From positions 60,327,414 to 60,391,413 of the forward strand of contig NC_081367.1 in NCBI RefSeq assembly GCF_030684315.1: a stretch of DNA of 64,000 bases, read 5' to 3'. The notes below the pieces were generated by a model. It did no database searches. It had not been told where the DNA came from and worked only from the letters and a program-made list of their open reading frames with translations. Position 1 is the stretch's first letter. Each line of letters begins with the position of its first letter. This DNA comes from Stegostoma tigrinum (Eukaryota). This document shows, piece by piece, positions 35,681 to 49,239 of the stretch. The translations under genes and the position numbers were made by a program.

Positions 35681-36150
35681 CGCTCTCTTGCAAGGAAGCT
35701 TTCACTGGATTAAATGAAGTGAGAAAGAACGTGAAGTTATATACCGCCTAACATGACCTGAGGACATCCCACAGCGCCTCTCAGCTAATTACCTTCGACC
35801 TGATCAAATGGATTGCATCTGCGCAATTAAATGTTTAGGAGACACTTTCATGTGGCCGATCATAATTAATGGATTGTTATTTCTGCAGATAGAATTAACG
35901 TGAAATAAAAACAAGTCGAATTTTAAACACGCGGGTCACTATTTTCGATTCAGAAACATGATTTTAAGAAGCCTTAATCCTGTTCATGATCGCCATTAAG
36001 AACTGAGCAAAAGGGAGGCCATTCACTCCATCGATCTGATCATGGCTGATCTCATGATCCTCGACTCCAGTTTTCTTCCTCTTACCCAAATTCTTTAATT
36101 CCCTTATTAATTCAAAATGGGTTTCTCTCATATACTCAAATATACTTCAC
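35681..36150 (-). promoter_or_regulatory. Putative proximal promoter of B: TATATAA at 35737-35743, TAATTA at 35863-35868
   Basis: The TATA lies the same distance from the ATG as in A (57 nt). Confidence 0.6.
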
Positions 36151-37409
36151 GACCTCTACAAACCTCTGCGGTAAAGAATTCCACAGATTCACTATCCTCC
36201 GAGTGAAGACGTTTACAAAGCCAGAGAGATCTACTGCACATAAAATGGCCCTTCAGCTCGTAACATCAGCGTTTGTCAAACATAAATGTACAACTATTTT
36301 ACTCCCATTATTCAACACTTGGCTCAGAACTTCAGCATTTCAATTGCGTATCTGAATACTTTTTAATGTTCTGAAGGTTTCTGCCTCTACCACCCTAACA
36401 GGCAGTGAGTTCCAAACATGCACTACCTGCTGCACGAAGGCACTTTCCTTCTCATCTCTTCTAAAGCTTCTACACTTATCACACATCTACGACATTGATC
36501 ATAGATTCTTTCAAAAGTTTCACCTTAATACTAATACTATGACCCTCGTTAGTTTACATAAGATAATCAGGTTCTGTTTAATCTCCTGTATTCTAAGGAA
36601 ATCAGCACAAGCCTGTCTAATTTCTCTTCAGCTCTTGTAAGCATACTCTCTGCCTTAAATTGGTCACCACTTTTTCCTCAGATTAAGCCCTCTGCTCTGA
36701 CATTTTGCACAATGGTAACCAACCTTTCTGTATTACCCTTTCAAGTTCCCTAAGAACTTTACATATTTCAATAAGGCTCCCCCTCATTCTTCTACGTTCT
36801 ATGAGTGCAGGCTCACAACATTCCATTCTCTTTGAGGTAAAGGATCACTATTCACTAGTATTCCTACTACCTGCTAAAGTTGTAAGTTTTGTTCATAACG
36901 TATGCACAAAAACTGCTCAATGTTATTTTCCGCTTATGCCCCTTGCAACCACTCAGATTCAACATCGAATTCAATAAATTTGGAGTCTGAATCTATACTT
37001 CCAGGTTTTGTACCTTTTGTCGCTTAGTATTTCCACAGACCAGAGAGGCTACACCATGTTCTTCACAGCCTTCAACATGTCATCGATGACAATGAATATC
37101 TCACCAAGATCATTCCTAAGCCTCCACACCACTTCCTGTTGTGACATGCATTGTCTTTAGCACGGTCACGAAGTGTCACCAAAGTTTAGGGCCGTTATCA
37201 TATTACTGGGGTTTGTTTAACAGACCTACCCCATTTTCGCGCTCTCAACTCTTCATATCTCTTATTCAGCTTTTCTTCTTTCCTAGTCTGCTATCGAATA
37301 TGTTTTCTTAACCGATCCTTTCATATTTGCATCTGTTTCATATCCATCTCCACGTATCGTCTCATCTCTCTCTCACTTTGGCTTTGGGATCAATTCCAGG
37401 CTTTTCTAA

Positions 37410-40105
37410 CTATGATGTGGAGATGCTACTGTTGGCCTGCAGTGGAAGAAATCAGAAGTCACACAACATCAGGTTAAAGTCCAACAGGGTTATTTGAAAT
37501 CACAAACATTAAGAGCGTAGTTCCTTCTTCAATTGAAGCGAAAGACAACCATTCAGAGCACAAAATTTATGGGCAGAGAGAGGACAAGGGTGGAGACAGT
37601 AAAAGGCATACAAATGGTTTGACCAAAGTGCCGAATCATAAGTCCCTACAGGTGATCGGAAGTATTCGATGGTGTGAGTAACGTGTCAACAGCTGAGTCA
37701 CAAGCAATGGGATGTCCTATAATCCGATGAAATAACGCAGAGAGATAATTGTAAAAAAAAGGTGGTCTTGGAGACAAACCAAATGACTGGAATAACAGGA
37801 TAGGTGTAAGAGTTGTCAGCAAGGGTGTAACCAAAGTATGCTGGCTTTGTGTATCTTCAGAAGGCACTAAAAGCCTCCTATGCAGGTGGAGATTGCATAG
37901 GATACTCTGAAGGTCTTAATCAAAGGTCTTGATCAGTCTGATCATATTCTTTGGTCAGATCGGCAGGCAGTTGTCTGTAATGTTCCAAGTTGTTCGTTAA
38001 TTGGTATGCTTCTTTGCAGTAGTTCGTTCTATTCTGTATGACCACCGTTCCTCCTTTGTTTGCTGGTCTGATGGCTATGTTGCAATTGATCTTCAGAGTA
38101 TGACTGACAGTGTGTCGCGCTTACCTGGTGTTCTGCACTATCTGGTGAGAGTGGGTGATGAATTTTGCATGAATGCATTTCCTGATGGCTTGGTCATAAA
38201 TGTCAAGCCTAGGGCAGAGGCCTTCTGAAGGGGTCCAATTCGCTTCTTTCTTCTTTGGTGCTTGCACCACGGATCTCTCTGTCGACTGTTCTAGTTCATT
38301 GGTTGTCTCATTGGGCCCGCTGCTGACATCTTGGAATTTGTGCAAGAATTCCCAGAGCCTCATTTGCCTGATAAATTTCTCTGTCTTTGTCACCAGGCCA
38401 AAATGGGGTCCATTTTGGTAGTGGGGCAGAAATTGAGACCACGGCTGAGAGCTTCGATTTTGTCTGGATGAAGAGTGTGGTCAGACAAGTTGATGATGGA
38501 TTTCCCTGTCCTGGTACTGGTTTCATCTGTGGTAGCAGGGAGGCTTGGTTATTGCAGGTGGTGATGCCAAGTTTCTCCATTTTCTCGTTCTTAGCGTGAA
38601 TGTAGGTGGTGTAATTATATTGCTTCATCTGCTTGACAGTGTCTAGTAGTTGGTCCGTTGTACCCTGAGCACACGTTGGGAATACGAAAGCAATCTCAAT
38701 TTCAAAGTTGCAGCAGCTGCTGTAGAGTTGGTGTACAAGATGATTCAGATGTGTGTGAGAGGTGCAATAGCAGAATCTCTCAGCATAGTCCCGTAATGAC
38801 ACAGGATCTACTCAGATGAGGAAGAATGCAACAGACAACTAAAAATTTTGAAGGACGCCCCCATACGAACTGGATACGATGCTCAACTCATCAATTACCA
38901 GTTCCAATGTGCAACAGCGAAAATCTGCAATGAACTCCTCAGAAAACAAATACAGGAAATGACCAAGGAAGTGCCCTTTGCTGTCCAGTACATCCACAGA
39001 GCAGAGAGACTATACCATGTTCTTCATAGTATTCAGCAAGTCATTGATGGCAACGAATATCTCGCCAAGAGCATCCCAAAGCCTCCACTCGCCTTCAACA
39101 ACCACCAAGCCTCAGGCAGAACATCATTGACAGCAAACTACCCAGCCTACAGGAGAACATTGATCACAACACCACACAATCCTGCCAAGGCAACCCCTGC
39201 AAGACATGTCAGGTGATCGACATTGATACTGCCACCACACCTGGGAACACCACCCACCATGCACAGGACAGTTACTCATGTGACTCAGCCAATGTTTTCT
39301 ATATCATATGCTGCATGCACGGATGCCACGAGGCATGTTTTATTGGCAAGATCATGCTGACACTAGGACATTGAATGAATGAACACCACACACAATTGCC
39401 AGACAGGAATGTTCCCTCCAAGTCAGAGAAAACTTCAGCGGTCAAGGACTTCAACCTCTGATCTGTGGTAAGCGTCCTCCAAGGCAGCCTTTCAAATGCA
39501 CAACAATGCATAATCGCCGGGTGGACACTGATAGTTATATATCCATGAAGACAGCATCAGCCATGATCTTGGATTCATGTCACGCTACACGTGTACCACC
39601 CATCCCCACCACACAGTTCTGTATTTGTAAAATCTTCCTTACTGTCCTGTTTTGTCACCATCACCGAGTCAAATAGTTATGATCTCTCTATCTTAATTAA
39701 TTTCCAAAGTTTTGATTTACTTATGACTTTGGGCAGACCATCAGCATGCGGCTCATACCTATTCTGCTATTCTAATTATGTGAAGTGTCTGCAAGGCCAC
39801 CTTATTCTTTCACTTTTTGCAGTTATCTCTCTACTTATTTAATGAGACTATAGTTCATCCCTTTTCTTGTTATTCAGCTGTTGACATTTTGCTCACACCA
39901 TCGAATGCTTCAAATCACTTACAGTGTTTTTATATTTGGCACTTCACTCACACCATTTGTATAGTCTTTTGATTCCTTCGCCTGTCCATAAATTCTGTGT
40001 TCTGTGCACTTCTCTCTCACATCGCCTGACAAAAGGGCTACTCTCAGAAACCTTGTGACTTCAAATAAACCTGCTGGACTTTAAAGAGGGGTCATGTGAC
40101 CTTTG
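37410..40105. mobile_element. Degenerate Penelope-like element with an internal inversion (about 37450-38800 minus, about 38810-40100 plus)
   Basis: Inverted ends (aagtccaacagggttatttgaaatcac versus gtgacttcaaataaacctgctggactt) and a GIY-YIG remnant at about 39290-39390. Confidence 0.7.
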
Positions 40106-40107
40106 AC

Positions 40108-40358
40108 ATTTGGCGGGTACCCAATGAACACAGTCCGCCGATCTCTCAGCAACAAACCCAAACAAACAGACAAAACGTGCCCAGAAACCATAACCACTTT
40201 CCCCTACATCAAAGACATTTCGGAAATGACTGCCAGACTACTTAGACCTCTTGGCATCATGGTAGCCCACAAACCCACCAACACGCTAAAACAGCAGCTA
40301 ATGAACTTAAAAGACCCTATACAAACAAGAAGCAAAACGAATGTAATCTACAAAATTG
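40108..40358 (+). mobile_element. Penelope-like fragment (RT-endonuclease linker)
   Basis: Encodes GYP...PYIKDISEMTARLLRPLGIMVAHKPTNTLKQQL...KDP...NVIYKI. Confidence 0.8.
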
Positions 40359-40362
40359 TAAC

Positions 40363-40855
40363 AGAGATAATGGGAACTGCAGATGCTAGAGAATCCAAGA
40401 TAATAAAGTGTGAAGCTGGATGAACACAGCAGGCCAAGCAGCATCTCAGGAGCACAAAAGCTGACGTTGCGGGTCTGGACCCTTCTTCAGAGAGGGGGAT
40501 GGGGAGAGGGTTCTGGAATAGATAGGAGGAGAGGGGGAGGCGGACCGAAGATGGAGAGAAAAGAGGATAGGTGGAGTGGAGAGTATAAGTGAGGAGGTAG
40601 GGAGGGGATAGGTCAGTCCAGGGAGGATGGACAGGTCAAGGAGGTGGAATGAGGTTAGTAGGTAGGAAATGGAGGTGCGGCTTGAGGTGGGAGGAAGGGA
40701 TGGGTGAAAGGAAGAACAGGTTAGGGAGGCAGAGACAGGCTGGACTGGTTTTGGGATGCAGTGGGGGGAGGGGACGGACTGGGCTGGTTTTGGGATGCAG
40801 TGAGGGAAGGGGAGATTTTGAAGCTGGTGAAGTCCACATTGATACCACTGCATCC
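40363..40855 (-). mobile_element. Young PLE 3' terminal repeat, nearly identical to 25515-26000
   Basis: Direct sequence match. The hammerhead core has a GAAA>GCAA change (40463-40490). Confidence 0.88.
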
Positions 40856-41388
40856 CAAATGCAAATCAAAGATGAACAGACGACAAGAAACTTTCCCCAG
40901 CCAATGCATTAAGTGAAACCATTGCGAACGAATAGAAATGCCAACGCAAAGAAATTGCAGCTTGTGCGTGGAATTTATGTCCAGATCCACATGAAACGTC
41001 GCCAATGCGCCGGACTACAAAATAGCCATCATCATCTTGAAATAAAGTCAACTTGAACTGTGTTTTTATTTTCGTTACAACAAAAGCTCAAGTGTATCGA
41101 AAATTAATGCAAATTGATAATTCAGCAAGAAATATTAATATTAGAACAACGATCTCCAGGCTGAACAATGTGCAGGCAGAAATAGAGAAAGCTTAGAACT
41201 ACATTGAAGACCCTTTGCCTATTTTTTTTTTTACTTTGTGTTATTCTCCCGTTTTAGATAACATAACATTTCAGAGCAAAAAATGCAGACAAGCAAACCA
41301 AAGCTTCTCGCCCAAATAGAAAACACATCGACAGCCACGGTGTATTTTACAGGAGAACTGACATAAGCCGGAATGAAGGTTATCTAAA

Positions 41389-42309
41389 GTTTTTTTCAGA
41401 AAACTTCCAGCTCGGGTTGTGGATTGGGTTGTCGATTTGTTCACCGAGCTGGTAGGTTGGTTTGCAGACATTTCGTTACCATCGGAGGTAACATCATCAG
41501 TGTGCCTCCGACGAAACGTTGTTGGTCTGTTCCGCTTTTAATTTATGTGGTCCAGTCTGGTATGATGGTTGGCCACTTTTCATGTTTTTCTTCGTAGCGG
41601 TTGGTATACGGGATCTACTTCTACGTGTTTGTCGATGGAGTTCCGTCTTGAGTGCCAAACTTCTAGGAATTCCCATGCGTGTCTTTGGTTGGATTGTCCT
41701 AGGATGATTACGTTGTCCCAGTTGAATTGGCAGCCTTCTTTATTCGTGTGCATGGAAACGAGAGAAAGTTGGCCTTGTCTCTTGATGGTTCATCTACCCT
41801 AATGGCTAGTTTTCACTTGGTCTGTCCGGTGATGTGGTTGTTCCCATCCTTACATGGGATATTATATAATAAGCTGGTCCAGTTCGTTGTGAGTATGGAA
41901 TCCTTTGTTCTTGTCAGTAATTGAGAAAGAGGAGCTGCCGGAAGTTCCACGATTCCTAGCCGTCGGAGTAGTTTGGTGGGCACCTCTGATGCGTTCTTCA
42001 TGCGTTCTTCTATGGCAGGGAGGGTAGTGTATTAAGGCGCGCTGCGTCTTCCTGTTGTCTGTTGAGTAAGTATCGGTGGACTACGCTTTTTGCAGGTGTT
42101 CTTCTTCGGCTTTGCGCAGTTCCGAGATGCTGCAGTGTGTTATGGCTCTTTTGAAGATCCCTCAGATGTGGCCAACCACCACATCAGACCAGGCCACATA
42201 AATAACAAACGGGACAGACCAACAACGTTTCATCAGAGGCGCACTGATGATGTTGCCTAGTATATGGACGAAACGTCTGCAACCAGCCTGCCAGCTAGGC
42301 GAACAAACT
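41389..42309 (-). mobile_element. Penelope-like element inserted in exon 6 of pseudogene C, with inverted terminal repeats
   Basis: Encodes KLLRRLGI...LLTRTKD...LLYNIPCKDGNNHITGQTK. About 41437-41560 is inverted relative to about 42165-42308. Confidence 0.88.
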
Positions 42310-45300
42310 AAAGGTGATATCAACAGCACAGAAGATCAGCATACTGAAGGTGATATATGTCGCATCGTTGAAACTATCTGGGAGCTTCCGGGCAAGGAAA
42401 GCGAGCAGGAAACATACAGTGGGCGGAAGACTAATATAGCTGGACACAAAATAAAAAACTTTTAAACAGTCCAAAACAATGACGTCTCCATAATAGACCG
42501 TGTTTTTCGGTGTTTAGTGAGGTGATACAATGAGCCAGATCGTGCAAATTAAACCTTGAGGAAATGTAAGTTCGAAAGTGCCTTATGAGTCCAAACCAGT
42601 TCATCATGTAGTTGTTCGGAAGAATTACTTTAAAAGCGATCACAGCAAGAACGTTTTTTTCTTCTCAAAACACAGGAAATACAGAGAACAAATCCAACTC
42701 GAGGCGCAGTCTTCCACAATATGCAGGACCAACCGGTCGGTTTCCGAATGAAGGTGAGTGAGTGCATGAGGCAAAGCGTCAACGCAAAGAGTTCAGAAAG
42801 CTCAGCTTCGAATTGTTCCCTCAAACAATAGGAGATTCCCGAAACCGGAAGAATACAACAGCTGTAACCAATGCAAGACCCGCTCCCATGAGGACACGGG
42901 CCACTCAGACGTCGCTCAGCGCCGCTTGAAAGGGAAAAAAATATCTTTTTGGAAACGCATTGTTCTTTTTGCTGATTATACCAATAATACAAAGGACACT
43001 TCCCGCAATCGGTAGAATCTGAAAGGATGAAAGTTTTTTTTTAATTACGAAAATTAATCGAGGAAAGAATCGTTGTTTTTAATTTCGAAAATGATATTGG
43101 TCGCAAGATAACATGGTATTCGGCCCCATGCTTGTGCATACCCGTGGTGTTGCTAATCTCACCACTGTGCACTCTGCTCAGTCATAAAAACATGCTTGCT
43201 GACGTTTCTTTCTCCAGGAGAACAAAGTTCTGAGAAGATAGCAATTGTTATCTAATTTATAGGTAACAATGCCACGTTATCCATTTGATGGATTCACAGT
43301 GTAACACACATGGGAATGTTCGGATGTGTCATTAGGAGAAGTATATTACAAGGCTGGGTAGCTTCCTCTTCCACTGCTATCTGTAAGTTTTCTGCTTCAC
43401 ATCTGGAACCAATAGTGCTGTGAATACTGACTGTTGGATGCGTTGCTACCATCCCCTCAAGCAGCGCACTTAAGATCACGAAAGTTCTCTGGCCGTCAAT
43501 TTTCTGCATTTGGGGCTTTCGTCATAGGATTGGTCAATCTTGTGCCAGTGGAAGTTGCTCTCCAAGTCACTCACAGCTTTGGTTTGACAATGTATAGCTG
43601 TTGTTTCATTCGCGATCAATCAAAGTCATTCAACTTCTTGCCAACAACACTGAAGGTAGACCAGCACCAGTCGGTTGTGGTGTTTGTAGAAAAGAGGTTC
43701 AACAACGTTTTCTGGGCAGTGATTCAGCATAAATTCTTTTCTGGGCAACAACCCACACAAACCAACACGCCGAAATTTTGGGAAATCCAGAAGTAACCAT
43801 CGCAGTTTTAATTGACAGATATTTTGTTTAAAAATGAAGTTACGTGCAATTAAATATGCATCATGTTATCATTGTTTTTAAATGCCCAAAAGTGGGGAAA
43901 TGAATGTGTGTAACATAAAATTCGACACACTGTTTTAATATGTTGCTTATTTAGCATTCTGAATGTTCTTTATGAGATTGTAGAAAATCGAAGAGAAAAG
44001 TACGAGAGTAGTGATTACGAGACAGATTACATTATCATCAGTGATTCCCTTGCAGTGTAAATATAAACCTCGATGCTGTGGTCAATAATTAAACAAAAAT
44101 TAACTTAAGCTTTTTTTGAGATTTTTGCTGCGAACACAGATTGCATTCAGTAAAATGTACCGCTCATTTGTAGACCATATTTCGTAGTATGGTAGCAGAA
44201 GTCTCAATAATGTAAAGTTGCGACTTTTTGTTGAAACTTGCCTGTACATCCAATAGAGGTTTGTCTTCTTGTCAAACTAATAATGGTATTTATCCTCTGT
44301 TAGCTCCGAATTCTTTGCACGATCCTCTGAACAAACTTTGACTACAGCTGACATAATTCCACTTAAAGCAGTTATCCTCTCTCCACACAGAGTGCAACTG
44401 GTAGGAGAGTGCAAACGCTTAGAATTGAGCTAAGTGTGGGAGTTTGAGAGTATAAATCTTCATCTTTTGCAATCTTACAACCTAACGCGGTAATTAAGGG
44501 AAAGGTCGACATTTAAGGATTGTATTTTGTTTTCTTTGAGGCTTGAGGAAAGTTTAAACAAGCTCCCCCAGTGTTGTATCTACTTAATCTAATTAAGCTA
44601 ATTCAGTGAACTCGATAGATCTTGGTTCTTATAGCCAGGCAAGATATGCTATAAAAGATAGACCGAAAGCTCTCACAACGCCAAGTGCGAGCAGCACGAG
44701 AGTGCAAGCATTGGGAACTGAGCAACATGCGGTAGTTTAGTCAAGTCGCAAACTGGGGCATTGCGTTGTTCTGGCCATTTTTGCAAGGGACTGCTTTGTG
44801 GTGGACATGCTACTGCTTAGGGCCAAGAAAGGGCCTAGGTAAAAATCAGGCTTTGTTGAGGAGGGTGAGCAGCTACCAAGTAAAGCTTATGTCAGACATC
44901 TTTTTCTCCCTGAAATCTGCTCGTTGTTAAAGGGTTAGAGACGACAGTGTGGTGTATGCCCCACCTGTCAGATATGGGAAATTACTGAGGGGTCGACTGT
45001 GTCTGGTGACTGTCTGCAGAAAGTATGCCTGGCTGCACTTCGTCTCAGACCGTATGGATTGGTTATAGCAGTAAGTCGAAGCACTGAGGAGCGTGCAGGA
45101 GGCAGAAGGTGTGATAGATAGTAGGTTCAGAGAACTGGTCGCACCGACGATACAACCAGGAAGACGGGTGACCACAAGGCTGGTAGTGCAAGAGTTTCCT
45201 ATGGCTATCCTCCTCTCAACCAAGTATGCAGTTTTCGGTACTGTTGGGGTAGCAACGGACGGTTCGGAGTAACATCAGGTGAAAACCGTTGCAGCTGCAG

Positions 45301-45411
45301 CCAAGTCTTTGACACCATTACTGGATTTGCTGTAAAGCAGAGGATGACAAATTCCAAGCAAGTAATTGTAATAGTCAACCTAGTCAGGGACACAGTCAGG
45401 TATTCCCATGG

Positions 45412-45505
45412 CCACCAGTGATATTCTACGATGTTGTGTTGCCTCCTTGGTGCCAGGGCTACCAGTGATATTCTACGATGGTGTGTTGCCTACCTGGTGC
45501 CAGGG
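45412..45505. repeat. 47-nt tandem duplication inside LINE ORF1
   Basis: c(c/t)accagtgatattctacgatg(t/g)tgtgttgcct...tggtgccaggg occurs twice. Confidence 0.9.
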
Positions 45506-46274
45506 TCAAGAACGTCTCAGAACAGTTGCACAAAATGCTCAAACGATAACATGAGCAGGTGGAAGTTATTGTAAACATTGGCAACAGTCGCAGAGTTAGG
45601 GAAAAAGGTGAGGTCCTGCACAGTGAATATAGGGAGTTAGGCAGGAGGTTATGAAACAGGACCTCAAGGGGAGTAATGTTTGGCTTATTCTATGTGCCAC
45701 GTACTAGTGAGAGTAGGAGCAGGAGGATAGAGCAGATAAATGTGCGGCTGAGGAGCTTTTGCATGGGGAAGGGATTCACATTTATGAATCATTTGAATCT
45801 CTTCTGGAGCAGAGGCGACATGTGCAAACTAGTTTGGTACAGAGATAGGACCTTACGCAGTAGTGAGACAAGAGAGCTAAGTGAGGCTTGCACAGCAGTA
45901 AAGGGCAGCGAGTTAAATAGACAAGGCGGAAAAGACCATAGCAGAGAACGAGGGAAGATTGATGAATTAAAATGTATTTATTTTAATGCAAGAGGCCTAA
46001 CAGGTAAGGCAGATAAATTCATGACGTGGTTGGAAAGACGGGACTGGTGAGTCATGGCTATTTAGAAACATGGCTGAGGGAGGGATGAGAGTGACAGCTC
46101 AATGTTTCAGGGTACAGATGCCATTGCAATGATAGAAAAAGAGGCACGAGAGGAAGAGGAATGATGTTTTTGATTTGGGAAAAATGTCACTTGAAGTACT
46201 TAGAGAGGCTATTTCTGGAGTTTGTCCAGTAAAGCTATTTGGGTTGACTGAGAAATATGAAGTGGGTGATCACT

Positions 46275-46400
46275 TGAAGGGTCTAGGCCCGAAACGTCAG
46301 CTTTTGTGCTCCTGAGATGCTGCTTGGCCTGCTGTGTTCATCCAGCCTCACATTTGATTATCTTGGAATTCTCCAGCATCTGCAGTTCCCATTATCTCTG
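46275..46400 (+). mobile_element. Young solo PLE terminal repeat nested in the LINE, starting within the hammerhead core
   Basis: tgaagggtctaggcccgaaacgtcagcttttgtgctcc...gcagttcccattatctc. Confidence 0.85.
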
Positions 46401-49239
46401 GTAATATACGCCTCCCAGGTTTCAGGAGGAAAGTTAGGAGCAGATATGTGAGAATATTGCAGATAACTGCAAGTATAACAGGGTTCTAACATGAGTGAAA
46501 TTTTAACTTCCCAAGCAGACCAGGACAGCTATAATATCAAGGACCTGGAGGGAAAGAACCTGCTAAGTTTGTTCAAGAAAAACAAATTTCAATTAATACT
46601 TAGATGGTTCCACTAGAGCCTGCCTCCTTTTGCGAAATAAGGCAGGGCAAATGTCTCAGGTGATGGTGGGAAACCACTTTCGAAACTGTGACTATAATTC
46701 AATTAGCTTTAAAATAGTTATGGGAAAGGATAGGGTGGGCCCACAAGTTAAAGTCCTAATTTGGAGTAAGAACAATTTTAATGGCATTAGGCAGGAACTT
46801 TGAAAAGTTGACTGGTGATGCTGTTTGCAAGCAGAAAAATGCCTCGCAAGTGGGAGGCTTTCAAAGGTAAAGTTTTGAGAGTTCAGAAACGACATGTTCC
46901 TGTTCGTGTAAGGAACGGTGCTGGCAGGAGTAAGGAACACTGGATGACTAGAAATATTGAGAATCTGGTCAAGAAAAGGAAGGAGACAAATGTCAGTTAT
47001 AGTCAACTGAGATCATGTAAATCCTTTCAGGAATATAGGGATGTAGGAGTACACTTAAGAGGGAAATCAAGAGGACAAAACGGGACCTGAGGTAATCTTG
47101 GCAGGTAAGGTAAAGAAGAATCCAAAGACATTCTACAAGTACATTAAGGGCAAAAGAGTAACTAGGTAGTGAATATGGCCCCTTAATGATCACCAAGGGC
47201 CGTCTTTGTGAAGGACTGCGGGAGATGAGAGAGATATTAGATAAATATTTCATGCCAGTATTTACTGTGAAGAAAGGTACGGAAGCTAGGGAAATTGGAG
47301 AAATAAATAGTGATGTGGTGCAAAGAACACACATTCCAGAAGAAGATATATTGGACGTCTTAAAACAAACAAAGGCAGATAAACCCTCGGAAGCTGATAA
47401 AGTGTATCCAAGACACTGTGGGAAAAGAAGGAAGAAATTGCAGGGCCCCTAGCAGAGATATTTGTATCACTGACATCGAGAATAAGGTGACGGAAGGCCA
47501 GAGGGGTGTCAAATTTGTGCCAATATTAAAGAAAGGCGAAGGAAAAGCCTAGGAACTGTATTCTGGCGACCATAACGACAGTGGTAAGTAACGTGTTGGA
47601 GGGGATTCTGAGAGAGGGGACTCAAATGCACTTAGAAAAGCAAGGACTGATTAGGAGGAGTTTGGTGCTGTGCATGGAGAATCACGCCTTACAAACGTGA
47701 TTGAGTTTGTGTCGAAGAGATGACCCAGAAGATAGAAGAAGACAGAGCAGTAGACATTGACTACATAGGGTTTACCAAGGTCTTCAACAAGGTTCTACAT
47801 GGTAGTCTGTTTAGTAAGGTTAGATTACATGGATCCAGGGAAATCTAGCCAACTGGATATAAAATTGGTCTGATGGTAGGGAACTGCGGCTGGTGCTGGA
47901 GGGTTGTTTTTCGGATTTGAGGCCTGTGATCAGCAATGTACAACAAAGTTCGGCACTGGGACCACAGTTGTTTGTCATTTATATAAATGATTTTGGCAAG
48001 AATATAAGAGGCAGGGAAGCATTTATTACTCCAAGGGCATGCACTTTCTCTGCTTTAAGCCCATCAAGGCATTTCATAAATTTAAAATCCTCTTATGAGT
48101 TTACCGTTCTGAAAGAAAACATACTTGACTATTGGCTAAGACAAACAGATGCAGAACTTGCTGGAGAACCTGAATAAGCCCGTCAGTATCTGTGATGACA
48201 AAACAGAGTAAATAGTAAGAGTCCAGGCAACTGTCTTCTTGGTTGTTAACTGTCTGAATAGATGTACATAACATGCGCGGAAAAATCCCAATTAACTGAA
48301 GAAATAAAAGCACAGAGAATTCAAAAACTAATGGCTGGAAACCAAGTCAGATGTTTTGCAACATAAAGAGCAATAGAAATAGAGAATGAAAACTGCATTC
48401 TCAACTTTAGAACAGCAGAGAAAACTCAAATGGAGAAGGAGAAATTTCATGCATGTTTTGACGGATTAAGAGAATGATTGAAATAGAAATAAGTTCCCCA
48501 GAAAACTACTCAGCTGTGTGCAAAACTGTAACAAAGGACAATAACCCGTATCATTGATGCCCACGGCTTAATCATACATAAAAACATAGAGCTTCTTTTA
48601 TTTTTTATTCGTATATACATCGCAATTTTTTACCATGATTTCCCAGCGCCAATCGTAAGGAACATACTTGCTGTCCAGTGGAGGACCACATGATAAATCC
48701 GATATTCAGGACAAATTCTTGGCCTTCCCACGCTGAACCTTCGTAATATCTAATGCTAACAATTTCAAATGAACCTTCAAACGCACTTGCCATATGTTGG
48801 GATTGAAACGCCATTTTCCTCAAAATATGTGATGTGCCCAGTCTGTGCAGTGAAATTTACCAGGCGAAGCTAATGCAGCAGCTACAGATGAACAATGAAA
48901 GACATAAATTTTTGGCTGCCAGTTTGATGCCATTAAAATTCATTTAAATTCACTTCAGCAAATGAACACGATAAGTCAGCAATGAATGATATCACAAACT
49001 ATCATCCGGAGAAGATCAAATGAAGCTCCATACATTTCTGTGTACAGCTTCGTTGCATTTACTAGCCTGTTTGTTAATCCCTCCAGCAATTTGCTGGAGT
49101 CTGCTCAACATGCAAAATCTCGAAACCCCAGGTTGCTATCAACCGTATCTTTGGAAACTGTGTTTTGTGTTTTCCCCAAAACATTACACCCTTGCCGAAT
49201 AATTTTCAGATTTTATTTCCAATTAAACACAAAACATTG

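Larger units (their letters stand above)
44870..48010 (+). mobile_element. Long degenerate CR1-type LINE (ORF1 Cys motif and SGNH esterase, APE endonuclease, partial RT) in intron 4 of C
   Basis: Remnants of VCCLPGARV, RRIEQINVRL, LKCIYFNARGLTGKAD and GPQLFVIYIND. Confidence 0.85.
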
